Source: Octopus sinensis (lineage: Eukaryota). Taken from it: DNA of 64,000 bases. The stretch spans positions 77,934,001 to 77,998,000 of the forward strand of contig NC_043002.1 of the NCBI RefSeq assembly GCF_006345805.1. The letters run 5' to 3'. Every line of letters begins with the position of its first letter. The first letter of the stretch is position 1. Shown piece by piece: positions 40,438 to 53,299 of this stretch. A program made the position numbers and the translations under genes. The notes under the pieces are model-generated. The model ran no database searches and had not been told where the DNA came from. It saw only the letters and a program-made list of their open reading frames with translations.

Positions 40438-40622
40438 TTTCTTCCACGTAAGGACTAAAAGGGAAAACAAGGGCGATAATCAGTATTCCTGATCCTGGCC
40501 GAAGAACACCTTTTATTTGTTTCAAAATGGTGAGTGGCTCATTACAGCGATCAAGCAGGTTCAGACAGGTTACCACATCGTAAATTATGTCTCCATTTGC
40601 CCACCTATCCAACGCGAGGTTT
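40438..40622 (-). CDS. METTL9: METTL9 coding exon 5
   Basis: attag|A AAC; NLALDRWANGDIIYDVVTCLNLLDRCNEPLTILKQIKGVLRPGSGILIIALVFPFSPYVEE; donor A|GTAAGT. Confidence 0.94.
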
Positions 40623-42129
40623 CTAATAGGTATAAATAAATAAATATTTTCAACATGATACACAAAAATGTTAGCATGCATCTTGTAGTTCTCAAACATA
40701 TTTTCAAGGGAGATAACTTTGCAGCACACTGACAATTTCAAATAACTTTATTTTTTTTTCAGAAAATTGAAAAGCTAAAAAGGAAATTATTTTGTTTAAC
40801 CATATCTTATGTGGACTTTATTTTGTTTAATATATGGCAATTTTAATATATATACTTTTATATCATCCTCATCATTTAACGTTTATTTTCCACGTTTGCA
40901 TGGGTCAGTTGGAATAACCTGAGGGACGTTTTCTACAGCCAGCAGCCCTTTTTGTTGTCAACCCTCACCTGTTTCCAAGTAGGATAATATTCTCTCATAG
41001 CCAGACATATTTTTCAGGAATGACTAGAAACGAACAACCTCGCTTGTATGACGATGATGCTCATTTACAACAAACATATGATATCTAGAGAAAGGTACAC
41101 ACACACACATATATAATGGACATCTTTCAGTTTCTATGTACCAAGTCCACTCACAAATCTTTGAATAAACCAGTTCTTTGGGTTATTTAAAGAAGATGCT
41201 TGCCCAAGTTGCCATACAGTGGGATTGAACCCAAGATAACACAGTTGGGAAACAAGCTTCCTAACCACACAGCCATCCTGCACTTATAACTGTCTTATCA
41301 CTCAGGACTGAACTTCATTCATCAGAGATATAAGAAAATATGCTTTGAAGTTTTTACTTCAAAATCTGTTCATTGTTACACTAAGAAAGTTACCACCAGT
41401 GAAATAATTTACAACCAAGAAATACAAGATCATTGTATTTATTTTTGAAAAGGGAATTATAACAAAGCATATTTTATACAGAAAGCATTAACATTTCACC
41501 CTATTTAATACAAGACTAAAACAGTAACACCATCTGAAAAATTCTATTTTGATTACATCAAAGTTTAATGCTCTTATTGATATCAGTTCTGTAATTAATT
41601 TTAATTATTGTTTATTAACGCTTGGGGAAGCATAAAAGCTGAAATAGACAAAATAGGGAGAGCAAGAGAAAGAGAGAGAGAAGATAATGAGAGAAAAAGC
41701 AAGTTTGTGAAAGACACAATTCTAGAGATAGCTGTTTAAGCCCTGATTGGGCAAATCTAGGATCAAACGTGTTCTAGCCGTGATCATCCTATCATTTTCA
41801 AGACTGCAAGTATAAACTACATTACTTAATGGCCTCCTTTTTCTAAGATGGTAAAGAGTTATTTAAAAGCAAATTGGCTGCTGTTTCTAGCAGGTTAAGT
41901 GTCCTATGCACTTACTGGCAAGTGATAATGAAAAACATGTTTTTCAGATTGGTTGATCCGAAGGAAAGAATGCAGAGTGTACGATTCATGAATAAATATG
42001 ATATAGTAACAGACTAGTTTTACAAAGTTAATCAGCTATATAAATTGTTTTATGAACCAACTGTGAGGCATTGATTCAGCCCAAATAATATTTACATAAA
42101 ATAATAAAACCATAAAATTAAATACGAAC

Positions 42130-42238
42130 ATGAAACCTTTTTCTTTTAACCGTATTTTCATCTGATTTGAGACTTCTGTTACATAAACATTTTTAAAGTA
42201 GCTAGCCATTTTTTTGGTAACCATTCCATCACCGGCTC
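42130..42238 (-). CDS. METTL9: METTL9 coding exon 4 (SAM-binding motif I completed)
   Basis: atacag|GA GCC GGT GAT GGA; completes DLGAGDG, then MVTKKMASYFKNVYVTEVSNQMKIRLKEKGF; weak donor AT|GTTCGT is required by the phase of the next exon. Confidence 0.9.
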
Positions 42239-42965
42239 CTGTATAACAGACAAATTATTATGTTCTTTCATTCCATTTACAAAGAGAGAAAGGCAGAAAG
42301 GGTTTATATAACACATGTTTATACAAAACAGGTATTTGTGTTTTTTATATGCTTTTCTATACTAGTGTGGTTTAGACAAATTCATAATCCTAAAATGTAT
42401 TACAGATAGATGGATTTATTTCCTGTTGCTATTCCTTGTTTTTCCAAGTAAGGAAATTTTCATTCCATTCCATTCACCTTCAAAAGAACAGAGTGAATGA
42501 ACAATTTCTTCACAGGGAAATGACAATAGACAATATTAATTGTAGTTCAGCAATTTTTTGTGCAATCATAAGATATAAACACACACACAACAAAATTTAC
42601 TCACAAGGAATTGGTTCAAGTAGAAAATATTTGCCCAAGGTGCCATGCAGTAGGACTGAACCCCAAACCACATGGTTGCAAAGTGAAATTCTCAACTGGC
42701 CATATCCGGCCCAAATATTCTGCCAGATCCAGCTTTTCACACCTACCCTAATATGTCATTCTAAAAATAAATAGATATCACATCATTGATATCTCAAAAC
42801 TACAAGATAATGCATGATTAATTCAAAACAATATGAATAGATAAGCATTACATTTGACAGAATAGTCTGAATGCTAAAAGATTAAACAAACAAGCCTGTC
42901 TTGACCTATATACATATTAGCATTTATTAGTAATAATTTGATAAATATATTTGAGAAAAGCATAC

Positions 42966-43305
42966 TGTTATACTTGGGGATGGTGGGGTTTTTCATCTTG
43001 CCAAATTAACACCTGCACTATATATTCATTCTTCACTCACTTATTATTGTTCTTATTTGATTATTTTTGTCTAGAAATCTTTTGTCACACATCCTGTGAC
43101 CTCCCAGCAACTCCTGTTTAGTCCATAGAGAATGGACTAAACAGAACAGGATGGAGAGTTGCTGAAGGAGTCACAGGTGTGTGACGAAAGATTTCGAGAC
43201 AATGGACATAAAATAAGAACAATAATGAGTGAAGAACGAAAATATAGTGCATATGTTTATTTGGCAAAAAAAAAAAAAAAAAAATTACCATCCCAAAATA
43301 TAACA
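42966..43305. repeat. 340-nt imperfect inverted repeat (foldback) in METTL9 intron 3
   Basis: Central perfect 13-bp stem CTGTTTAGTCCAT-AGAGA-ATGGACTAAACAG; arms pair outward for about 160 nt with bulges. Confidence 0.88.
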
Positions 43306-43411
43306 ACATCTGTTTCAGCACATGATTTCACATCAGGAATCTTGCAAAACAAATCCATTTGAGAAACATTTTGGGGAAAATTAAATACTAATGCTACTAT
43401 TTTAATAACAA

Positions 43412-43952
43412 CTAGCAGATTGACCTGGCTTAGCTCGGGTGGATAGAAATTTGATGAATAACTTGTTTAAGCGTTAATTTTGACGAAATTGCATTCCATT
43501 CTATCCATACTTTTGGAAAAATCAAAACAAAGATATTGTCCGCAACAACGCATATTTTTATAAATTTGAAGAAAACAGCAGAACTTACGAAATCTGCTAT
43601 TCAAATAAGGCTCAAGACACATAACAAAGTACAGTGTCAAAAGAAGACAAAAAGATGTAAATGTTTGACAGATACAAGGGAAATAACTATATAAGCATTT
43701 TTAGAGAGTTACTTCCCTTATATAAACCGAGCAAAAATGCATTAAGTGCAAAAAAGTGATGGTAAATTTTTTTTTATCATCGTAGACTCATCGTAGACAC
43801 GCACTAATACCCACAAGGGCTCGATATGAATCACGACTATAAGATACCCACTTTTGGTTAAACTGCACCGCAAAATGTGGGAGTAGTTAGGAATCTAAAT
43901 TGGAGGAGACAGACTCTCACACACATAACTTCAGTTTTATATATAAAGAAGA
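43412..43952 (-). mobile_element. Non-autonomous Helitron-type element at +10 of METTL9 intron 3
   Basis: Minus strand A|TCTTCTTTATATATAAAAC...subterminal hairpin (CCCGAGCTAAGCCAGG)...CTAG|T; A/T insertion site with no target duplication. Confidence 0.7.
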
Positions 43953-43961
43953 TTAACTTAC

Positions 43962-44062
43962 CTAAATCGATTAAATTTTCAAAAACTGTTGTTTCCTTTA
44001 ACCCTAACAATTTCATAAAATGTGCTTGAGAATAAACAAACATTGATCCGCGATTTAAATAC
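43962..44062 (-). CDS. METTL9: METTL9 coding exon 3
   Basis: tttcag|G TAT; YLNRGSMFVYSQAHFMKLLGLKETTVFENLIDLG; donor G|GTAAGT. Confidence 0.93.
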
Positions 44063-44790
44063 CTGAAAATAAATAACAAAAATAAAACCAACATACGTTT
44101 GATTAACAGTATACTCACTACTGATTTAATAACAATTTTTCTGGCTTCCATATGCAGGATAAGCATCCATAGTAAACTACCTGTGAAAGTCACCGTTCAC
44201 TAATTCTAAAGTAACGTTATTCAATTAATGAGATACAATCTTTTAGCATTTACCTGTTTAAGTCATTAGGTTGTGGCCATGCTGGGACACCACTTTGAAG
44301 GGCTTAGCTGGACAAATCAACCCCAGTTCTTACACTTTTTTTTTAAAGCCTAGTACTTATAGAATAGTGAAGGCGTAAAGCTTAGTGGCTAGGTTGTTAC
44401 ACACACGAATGCTAGATCATGGGTTTGATTCCCAGACCAGGTGGCATGTTGTATTCTTCGGCAAAACACTTCATTTCACATTGCTCCAGTCCTCCTTTCG
44501 ATCGGGGGGGGGGAATGTTGGCCTGCTCACCTAACCAGTGGAGTGGTGTCATTTGCAGGCTAAAACGATGCAAAGCACATTATGACTGGTGATGTATAAC
44601 AACATCTGATAATCTGGATGATCACGTGATCACTTATAGAATAAATACCAGGCTTTAAAAAGTACCAGGCCTCTTTTTTGCCGAACAACTAAGTTACAAA
44701 GCAACACCGGTTGTCAAATGAAGGAGAAGACAAGCACAAAGATACATAAACATACATGTATCTGTATATGTATGTGTGTGTATGTCTATA

Positions 44791-45255
44791 TCTATTATAT
44801 AAAATCTGTTCTGTGTGTCTGTGTGTGTCTTCTAGAATCTCAGGCATCTTCCATCCGTTCGCGCTCAAATTTGATATGTAGATACCGACGGTATCAGAGT
44901 GTGTATAAGTCTTGAAAAAATTACAAAAATCGATTTCAGGTAAGAATGCGATCGATAAAGCCGTTTGTGTCCTGCTTTACAACCTGTACATAACTGCACC
45001 TTCCATTTTTTGTTGTGTTTGTACTGCTTAAAGGCACGTTTTTTTCCTGCCAAGCTTACTGTTTAAAATCGTTTTTCTTTGGAATAGAAAGAAGTCTATC
45101 GTTATTTCTTCTTTTGCTGGTGTCTCAAATTCAGGTTAAATCAGTGTTTCTCAAAGGAGAGGTCTATGGGACAGTCGGACAAGTTGTTTTGAGAAAATTT
45201 GGTTTAAATGTTTGAGAACTCAGCACTGTCCATTGGACGGGGGGCGTTTTGCTTG
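44791..45255 (+). mobile_element. Non-autonomous Helitron-type element
   Basis: A|TCTATTATATAAAATCTGTTCTGTGTGTC start; short GTCC-ATT-GGAC hairpin before a CTTG|T end. Confidence 0.55.
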
Positions 45256-45589
45256 TATGTATGTATATATATATATATATATATGAGTGCAGAACATGCA
45301 AACATGAAATATGTAAACAAATGAGTTAAATACATAAACAACAAGAGAAAAAAATGGAAAACCGGACAAGTAAACCCAACACACAGCCTGGTCCGGAAAT
45401 CAAACTCACTATCTCATGATTGTGAGCCTGACGCTCTAACCACTGAGCCATGCGCCTTCACAATATAAACAGTATACATAATATAATCCTCATCTTACAA
45501 ATACAGAATGAAAATATAACACTGATTTTTTTTCTCTTTTTTTTTTGTAAAGGAAAATACAGCAGGATAAATACAAAACTCTTACTTAC

Positions 45590-45780
45590 GCATTAATTGA
45601 AGTATTGGTCATAAACCAGCTTAAAACTGATCGAAATAGGGAGTAAAAAATCTGAGTAAAAATCCAGTCAGCTTTTTCATAACAACCTTCTAAGAATTCT
45701 TTGGTTTCCTCATCTTGGTGCAAACAGTAAAATTTCTTGTGCATGTGTTCAGGAATTCGTTTTAGGTTCACTTTATACCA
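45590..45780 (-). CDS. METTL9: METTL9 coding exon 2
   Basis: ttccag|TGG TAT; WYKVNLKRIPEHMHKKFYCLHQDEETKEFLEGCYEKADWIFTQIFYSLFRSVLSWFMTNTSINA; donor GC|GTAAGT. Confidence 0.92.
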
Positions 45781-47836
45781 CTGGAAAATTAGTAAATAAA
45801 TAAATACAATCTTTTAAACATTTCAGAATTTTAAATCAATTAAAGCACATTTCCTTCCCTATACAACCAAATAAAATAGTGTGGGATGTATGAGTGCTTG
45901 GACCACACAAATATTCTCCAGGTTTTATTTTCAATCACATCATCGTGAAGCTATGAGATAATACATGAATTCAAAACAAAATGAATAAATAAGTATTACA
46001 TTTGACAGAGTAATCCAAAAGCTACAGGGTTAAGAAAGAAGGTGATCAATATGGCTACCACACAAGGCAACCAAAATCTATGCTATGCCACTGTACACAA
46101 AGCACATTAACTCCATTTCTTCCAGACTAAAATTAACTTACACGCATAGAAATGTTCAAATTTGGGAAAATTAACCTCAATGCCTGTACACACAATTTAT
46201 TAGGGTTTTTATTTGTTTTTTTAAATGTTAAGAAAATAAAGTCAGCAAGAAATATAAGAGAAAAGTACAAATGAATACACCGTATAATAGATTTGAGAGA
46301 TTGTTAATGACTGATGAATTTCTTGATACATGAAAGGTGACGAGTTGGCAAAAACGTTAGCAAGCTGGATGAAATGTTTAGCAGTATTTCGTTTGTCTTC
46401 ACATTCTGAGTTCAAATTCCACTGAGGTCAACTTTGCCTTTCATCCTTTCAGGGTTGATAAATTAAGTACCAGTTGCATACTGGCCCCCTCCCCAAATAT
46501 TTCCGGCCTTGTGCCTAGAGAAGAAAAGAATATTTGGTACACGAATATCTTGTACACATAGCCTATTGGGCTGAGTAACAATGAAATATTTTAAGGTGAC
46601 GAGCTGGCAGAATTGTTAGCACACCAGGTAAAATATTAGTGGCATTTCATCCGTCTTTACATTCTGAGTTCAAATTCCACCAAAGTTGTCTTTGCTGTTC
46701 ATCCTTTCAGGGCACTGGGGTGATATTATCAACTTACCCACCTCCCCTGAACCTACATGGCTTGTGCTAAAATTTGAAACCAGTATATGGTACATGAATA
46801 TAACCATCTTTTTCAGTTTTTAACAACATAGTCAAATTTGTAAGAAATTTTAGTTATGTTCAAAATTTAAGCTAGTTGTCTCTTACAAAATCAAAAATAA
46901 ATTAAATTCAAATTATAAATATATTTAACAGTTTTATTTCACTAGTTTGCGCTATTTTTATGCCAGTATTATTTCAATGGTTTAGACTTTGGACGTATGG
47001 ATATTGTTGAAGTTGCTGTTTTTATAGCTGGCACACCTTGCTAAATACAGACCAGTCAACTGTAAAGATGTGACCTGTCTAACAGCAAAGTTATAGAAAA
47101 CATGGTTAGTTCACATTACTCCATAAGGAGCATAGGACCAGTATCACGATTCCTCTGGCATATATATATATATGATGGACTCTCCCATTGAAGATGTCGT
47201 ATGAGCATTCAGCTGTTGCCAAGCGACTTGCACAAATGATTTGTTTATAGTGACCAAATGTTCATGCCACACATCAGCTCATTCTCTCCATCAATTAACA
47301 TTATCTGAACAGGTACACTGTGTGTCATGTGTCGGGTGTCGAAGGGATCACAGAGCAAAGTGAGATGAAGTGTTTTGCTCAAGAAAACAACACACCACTC
47401 GGTCTAGGATCAGCATCATCATCTAACATCCACTGTCCATGATGGCATGGCTTGGACCAAGGATATATATATATATATTCCTCTCTGAACAGGATGCCAG
47501 TCCATTGCAGGATTACTCATTTTTACCAGCAGAATGGGCTGGAACAATGTGAAATGAAGTGTTTTGCTCAAGAACAACAATGTATCAGCAAATCCAGGAA
47601 TCAAAACCACAATCTTACAATCATGTATCCAACACCCTAAACACTAAACCAGGCGCTTCCATTATAAAAAAAAATGCAAACCATTATCTAAACTACAAAG
47701 GACCCTCCCTGCACCACACAGCCTTCAAATTCTCCCAAATCCCAAACTATAACCAATCCTTTTGATCCCTTGCCAAAAGGATTTCTACCAACTTCTCAAC
47801 CATGGTGCTTTTCTAGAACTCTTATGGATAAAGTGT

Positions 47837-48338
47837 GGAGGTGCAATGGCCCAGTGGTTAGGACAGTGGACTCGCAGTCGTAGGATTGTGGTTTTGATTT
47901 CCAGACCAGGCATTGTGAGTGTTTATTGAGCAAAAACACCTGAAGCTCCTCGAGGCTCTGGCAGGGGGTGGTGGTGAACCCTGCTGAACTCTTTCACCAC
48001 AACTTTCTCTCACCCTTTCTTCCTGTTTCGTTGTACTTGTATTTCAAAGGGCCAGCCTTGTCACACTCTGTGTCACGCTGAATCTCCCTGAGAACTACGT
48101 TAAGGGTACATGTGTGTGGAGTGCTCAGCCACTTGCACATTAATAAATGAACTGCAACATAACTGGTGCCAAGCTATATCGGCCTTTGCCTTTCCCTTGG
48201 ATAACATCAGTGGCGTGGAGAGAAGCTGGTATGCATGGGCAACTACTAGTCTTCCATAAACAACCTTGCCCAGACTTGTGCCTTGGAAAGTAACCTTCTA
48301 GGAGCAATCCTATGGCCATTAATGACCGAAGGGGGTCA
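47837..48338 (+). mobile_element. tRNA-derived SINE family D (long)
   Basis: GGAGGTGCAATGGCCCAGTGGTTAGG head; the CTCTTTCACCACAACTTTCTCTCAC segment is shared with the copy at 57597-57897. Confidence 0.7.
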
Positions 48339-49228
48339 CAATGGATAAAGTATCCACAGTTGCTGTTTACCTTGCATTCGGTTCTACACAGTACACTCTT
48401 GATAATTTTCCTTCAAGTCTATCCCCTTTCACTCCACCAGGCTTGCCACCATGCACATATACATGCCAAATGCTCATAAAGCACCACTGTTTTCAAACCA
48501 ACATGGCCACACACCCTAACAATTTTTTTTCCTTTTTGGGGGCTTTAACTTTAAACAATACACCTCAGAGACAGACCCTCTTTTCACTGAACTTTTCAAT
48601 CATTCTTTTCTCAAAGGATGTATCCCAGTTGGGAAACATACAACAATATGTTTCATTCCCAAGGAAGACAACCCCTACCAATTATCATCCTATTACATTT
48701 CCTTTCAATATAACAGAAGTGATAAGGTGGCGAGCTGGCAGAAACCTTACCACACTGGGGGAAATGCTTAGCAGTATTTCATCTGTCTTTTTATTGTGAA
48801 AATGTGTTTCTGAGGGTGGGTTGATGAGACGGCTTTCTTTACACATAACTTTCAGAAAAATTGGTAATCTTTCATGAAATTTTCTATAAATACCTTTCAG
48901 GATGTGTAGATTATGATTATATGAAAAAACATGTTTACCATGTGGTCTCGTATATATATACATACTGACACACATCACATATATCTAGAAAATGAAACTC
49001 GAAATTTCGAAAAAATTGTGATGCGTGTCAGTATGTATGTGTGTGCTCATTATTTTACTTTTCACATCAAATTCCGATATATTTGTAGAAATTTTCATTA
49101 AATATTACCTATTTTCCTTAAAGTTATGAATAAAGAAAAACGTGTCGCGTGAATTTCCCGAAACTCCTCACCCCACTTCGGAAAAATATTTTTACCAAAT
49201 ACTCCGATATAATCAGAATCTACATCCT

Positions 49229-49636
49229 CTACTCTTACTCTTTTACTTGATTCAGTCATTTTGGCTGCAGCCATGCTGGAGCACCGCCTTTAGTCGAGCA
49301 ACTCGACCCCGGGACTTATTCTTTGTAAGCCCAGTACTTATTCTATCGGTCTCTTTTGTCGAACCACTAAGTGACGGGGACATAAACACACCCGCATCGG
49401 TTGTCAAGCAATGCTAGGGGGACAAACACAGACACACAAACACACACACATACCTATATATATATATATATATATATACGACGGGCTTCTTTCAGTTTCC
49501 GTCTACCAAATCCACTCACAAGGCTTTGGTCGGCCCGAGGCTATAGTAGAAGACACTTGCCCAAGGTGCCACGCAGTGGGACTGAACCCGGAACCATGTG
49601 GTTGGTAAGCAAGCTACTTACCACACAGCCACTCCT
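49229..49636 (-). mobile_element. SINE family A, young copy (METTL9 intron 1)
   Basis: Reverse complement of the family A consensus. Confidence 0.9.
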
Positions 49637-50381
49637 AAGCATATTCGTAAAAAAAATTTCATTTAAAAATATCCATTTTTCTGGAAGTTACGAAGTAACA
49701 AAGTCGGTGGTGGGGGTACACATCTGTAGGAATACCAGAAAAAAACTATTTCTTCACTAAAGTGTAAAAAATCAATATCCTGACGTAGTTACTGTTACAC
49801 GGCTTAAAAATACTGAACAAACGTGGGAACCTCTACGTGGTCAATCATCCGCTAGAAAAAGAAATCAAGTCTCCTTTAAACCACACTGCCCATCTTAAGA
49901 GGAATACATGGGATATCATGGCAGGGTTGCTTCTGATCATAGGTCTGTTTATTCAGAGTTAATTTAGGACTAAACAACTACAAACAATATACATAGCATT
50001 CATTCCAAGAAACTGAATAAACACATAAATTAACGACTACGATTTTAATACAAATTAGACATTACAAACACCAGTATGAGACAGTAAAAGACATCAGTAC
50101 GAGACAGGCACATGAGTGAGGGTGGTCGCCCGATAAACAACTTCTAAGTGTTTTGAGAACTGTCAATGGATTTGCTGTTTTTCTAAACTTCGGTCTTCTT
50201 TCTTCAGTTTAAAATTGACGATTGTGATGTCTAATATCGAATTATATATAATGTAATATGATATAACCTAACACACACAAAAAAAACGTACACACAAACA
50301 CTCGCACCACATATATCAATTTATGTAGCAGAAGTACAAGGAATCTACTAAATAGAAAGGGGACTGATTTGTGTCACGTAC

Positions 50382-50480
50382 ATAGGAATGATTACTGTTA
50401 CGGTGCATTTCATCATGTTTCATCCGTAGTAAAATTGCTCCAGCAAGTGATGAACGGGCGCTATATCTCATTAAAGACAT
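50382..50480 (-). CDS. METTL9: METTL9 coding exon 1
   Basis: caaagATG; MSLMRYSARSSLAGAILLRMKHDEMHRNSNHSY; donor TAT|GTACGT; joins in phase 0 to WYKVN, parallel to vertebrate ...RSPLTRSLYVNM...ENHQWY. Confidence 0.78.
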
Positions 50481-50656
50481 CTTTGCGGTAAAGCAAATAG
50501 TAGAAAAAACTTCAAATTGGAATTTGTTTGGTAAATGAATCGAAAAAAAGACCACGTTAATGTTTTTAAAAAACGTGCATAAATCCGAAAGTCAAATGAA
50601 AACAAAATAATATTAACTCCTAACGTTGAAGAGTTACCACCCTTGAACCATCGTAG

Positions 50657-50693
50657 ACTTCCGGTTAGCCACGTGAAATTCTCTTCCGGAAGA
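50657..50693. promoter_or_regulatory. Putative METTL9 core promoter: ETS/GABP sites and E-box
   Basis: ACTTCCGG (50657-64), CACGTG (50670-75) and palindromic TCTTCCGGAAGA (50682-93) within 37 nt, about 180-210 nt upstream of the ATG in otherwise CpG-poor DNA. Confidence 0.6.
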
Positions 50694-51056
50694 TTATGGT
50701 TTAAAACTCAGATTGAGGAATGTTCGCTGATAATAATCCTTGATAAACCTTGTACACAAACATATGCACATAAATATATTATCATCTTAGCATATTGTTG
50801 TTACTTAGATTTTAGAGTCACCACTATTCATGAACATCGATAACGGCAAACTCTTAGTAACAACAATGTGATATTTCAAATTTTAATGAAATATACAAAC
50901 TCTACTGCTGAGTACCATTTTATTTTACATAAGATGTTGGGACTCACAGAGGGGATTGACAGGGGACCGAGACTCCTAGCGGTTTACTGTGCTTGAAAAG
51001 ACACTTCAACCGAAGTAAAAGCGTGGTTGTCCTTGTCCCCTGCATTCCTTATTTTG

Positions 51057-51271
51057 CAGGCGCGTGTGCTGGTGTCACGTAAACAGCGCCCGTACCGGTA
51101 CTACGTAAAACATATGCCAGTGTTGCGTAAAAGGCACCCAATACAATCTGTAATGTGGTTGGCGTTAGGAAAGGCACCCAGCCGTAGAAACTATGCCAAA
51201 ACAAAGAGCCTGGGCAGCTTTTCCGCTGGCCATCTGTCAAATCATCCAACCCCATGCCAGCATGGAAAGCG
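51057..51271 (+). mobile_element. Family P retroposon whose 3' tail runs into the GGAT satellite
   Basis: GGTTGGCGTTAGGAAAGGCACCCAGCCGTAGAAAC...CATGCCAGCATGGAAAGCGG, then GATGGATT instead of ACGTTAAACGATGAT. Confidence 0.75.
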
Positions 51272-53219
51272 GGATGGATTGAAGGATGTAAGGGTGGGTG
51301 GATGGGTGGACGGATAAATGGATGGTATGGTATGATTGGATTGATGGATATTTATTAGTTAAAAACAAAATGCCTGATACAAATTATTTGTGTTTGAATT
51401 TAGATGGATGGAGAGGGATGTTATGGATGGATGGTATGGACTGAATGGTATCGATGGATGGAGGGTATGGTATGGATGGATAATTACCATTTTAAAACAA
51501 AATGCCTGTTAGAAATTATTTGTTTGAATTTAGATGGATGGATGGATGGTATGGATGGGCTGCATAGATGGTATGGATGGATGGGCTGCATGGATGGTAT
51601 GGATGTATGGCATGGTATGATATGGATGGGTGGGGGATGGTAAGGTATGGATAGTATAGTATGGATGGATGGTTTGCATGAATGGGAGGGATGGATGGTA
51701 TGGTATGAATGGCATGGTATGGGTGGTGTGGTTTGGGTAGTATGGAATGGATGGTGTGGATGGCATAGTATGGATGTTATGGTATGATATGGATGTTGTG
51801 GTTTGGGTGGATGGATGGATGATATTGATAAATGGTATGGACGGTATGGATATGTTGTATGGAGGAAAGGTGTGGATGGTATGGTATGGATGGATGGGAG
51901 GCATGGATTGATGGTATGGTGTGGATGGATGGATGGATTGATGAGTAATTATTAGTTTTAAAAAAACACCTGTTTGAATTTAATAGATGGGTGGATGGAT
52001 GAATGGTAAAGATGGATGGATGATATGGATTGATGGCATAGATAGTATGGATGGTATGGTATGGATGGTATTGTGTGGATGGTATGGATGGATGGTATGG
52101 ATGGACGCTATGGATATGTAGTATGGATGGATGTTATGGTATGATATGGATGTTGTGGTTTGGGTGGATGGATGGATGGTATGGATGGATGGATGGTATG
52201 AATAGATGGTGTGGATGGATGGATGGATGGGTGGATGGAAGGTATGGTATGGTATGGATGGATGGATGGGTGGATGGAAGGTATGGTATGGTATGGATGG
52301 TATTGATGTTGTAGTGCGGATGGATGGTATAGATGGATAGAGGGTAAGGTGTGGATGGTAATGTATGGATGGATGGTATGTTATGGATGATGTACATGGA
52401 CGGATAATTACTATTTTAAAACAAAATGCCTGTTAGAAATTATTTGAATTTAAATGGATGGATATGGTATGAAGGGATGGATGGTATGGTATGTTATGGA
52501 TGGTATGGTATGGATGAATTGATGATTATTATTTTAAAACAAAATGCCTGTTAGAAGTTATTTGTTTGAATTTAGATGGATGGTTGGTATGAATGGATGG
52601 TATGGAAAGATGGTATGTATGGTATGGATGTATGGCATGGTATGGATGTTATGGTATTGATTGTATGATATGGATGGGTGGAGGGATGGTATGGTATGGA
52701 TGGATGGTATGGCTGAATGGGAAGGATGGAAGGTATGGATGGTATGGTATGAATGGTATAGTTTTGGTGGTGTGGTTTAGGTAGCATGGAATGAATGGTA
52801 TGGATAGTATGTTATGAATGGCGTGGTATGGATGGATGGTATGAATAGATGGTGTGGATGGATGGTTTGGATGGTATGGATGGATGGTATGGTGTGGTAT
52901 GGATGGATTGATTGTATCGATTGATGGTATTGTACGATGGTATGGAAGGATGGTGTGGATGGTATCGTATGGATGGATGGTATTGTACGGTTGGTATGGA
53001 TGGATGGAATTGATGATTGGATGGTTGACGGATGGTATGGATAGATGGTATGCATGGCTAGGATGGAGGGATGGTATGGATGGACGCTATGGATATGTAG
53101 TATGGATGGATGTTATGGTATGGATGGTATGGATTGATGGTATGGGATGGAGGGAGGGATTGATAGGTAATTATTAATTTAAAAAAACAACGCCTGTTAG
53201 AAATTTGTTTGAATTTAGA

Positions 53220-53299
<80 letters not shown>

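Noticed and set aside
42125-42129. Non-canonical splice site in METTL9
   Set aside because: The donor is weak (GTTCGT) but still GT; all 19 introns found are GT-AG.
50481-50555. 25-aa N-terminal extension of METTL9 shown in the ORF track
   Set aside because: It starts at GTG and has no similarity to METTL9; the first ATG is at 50480.
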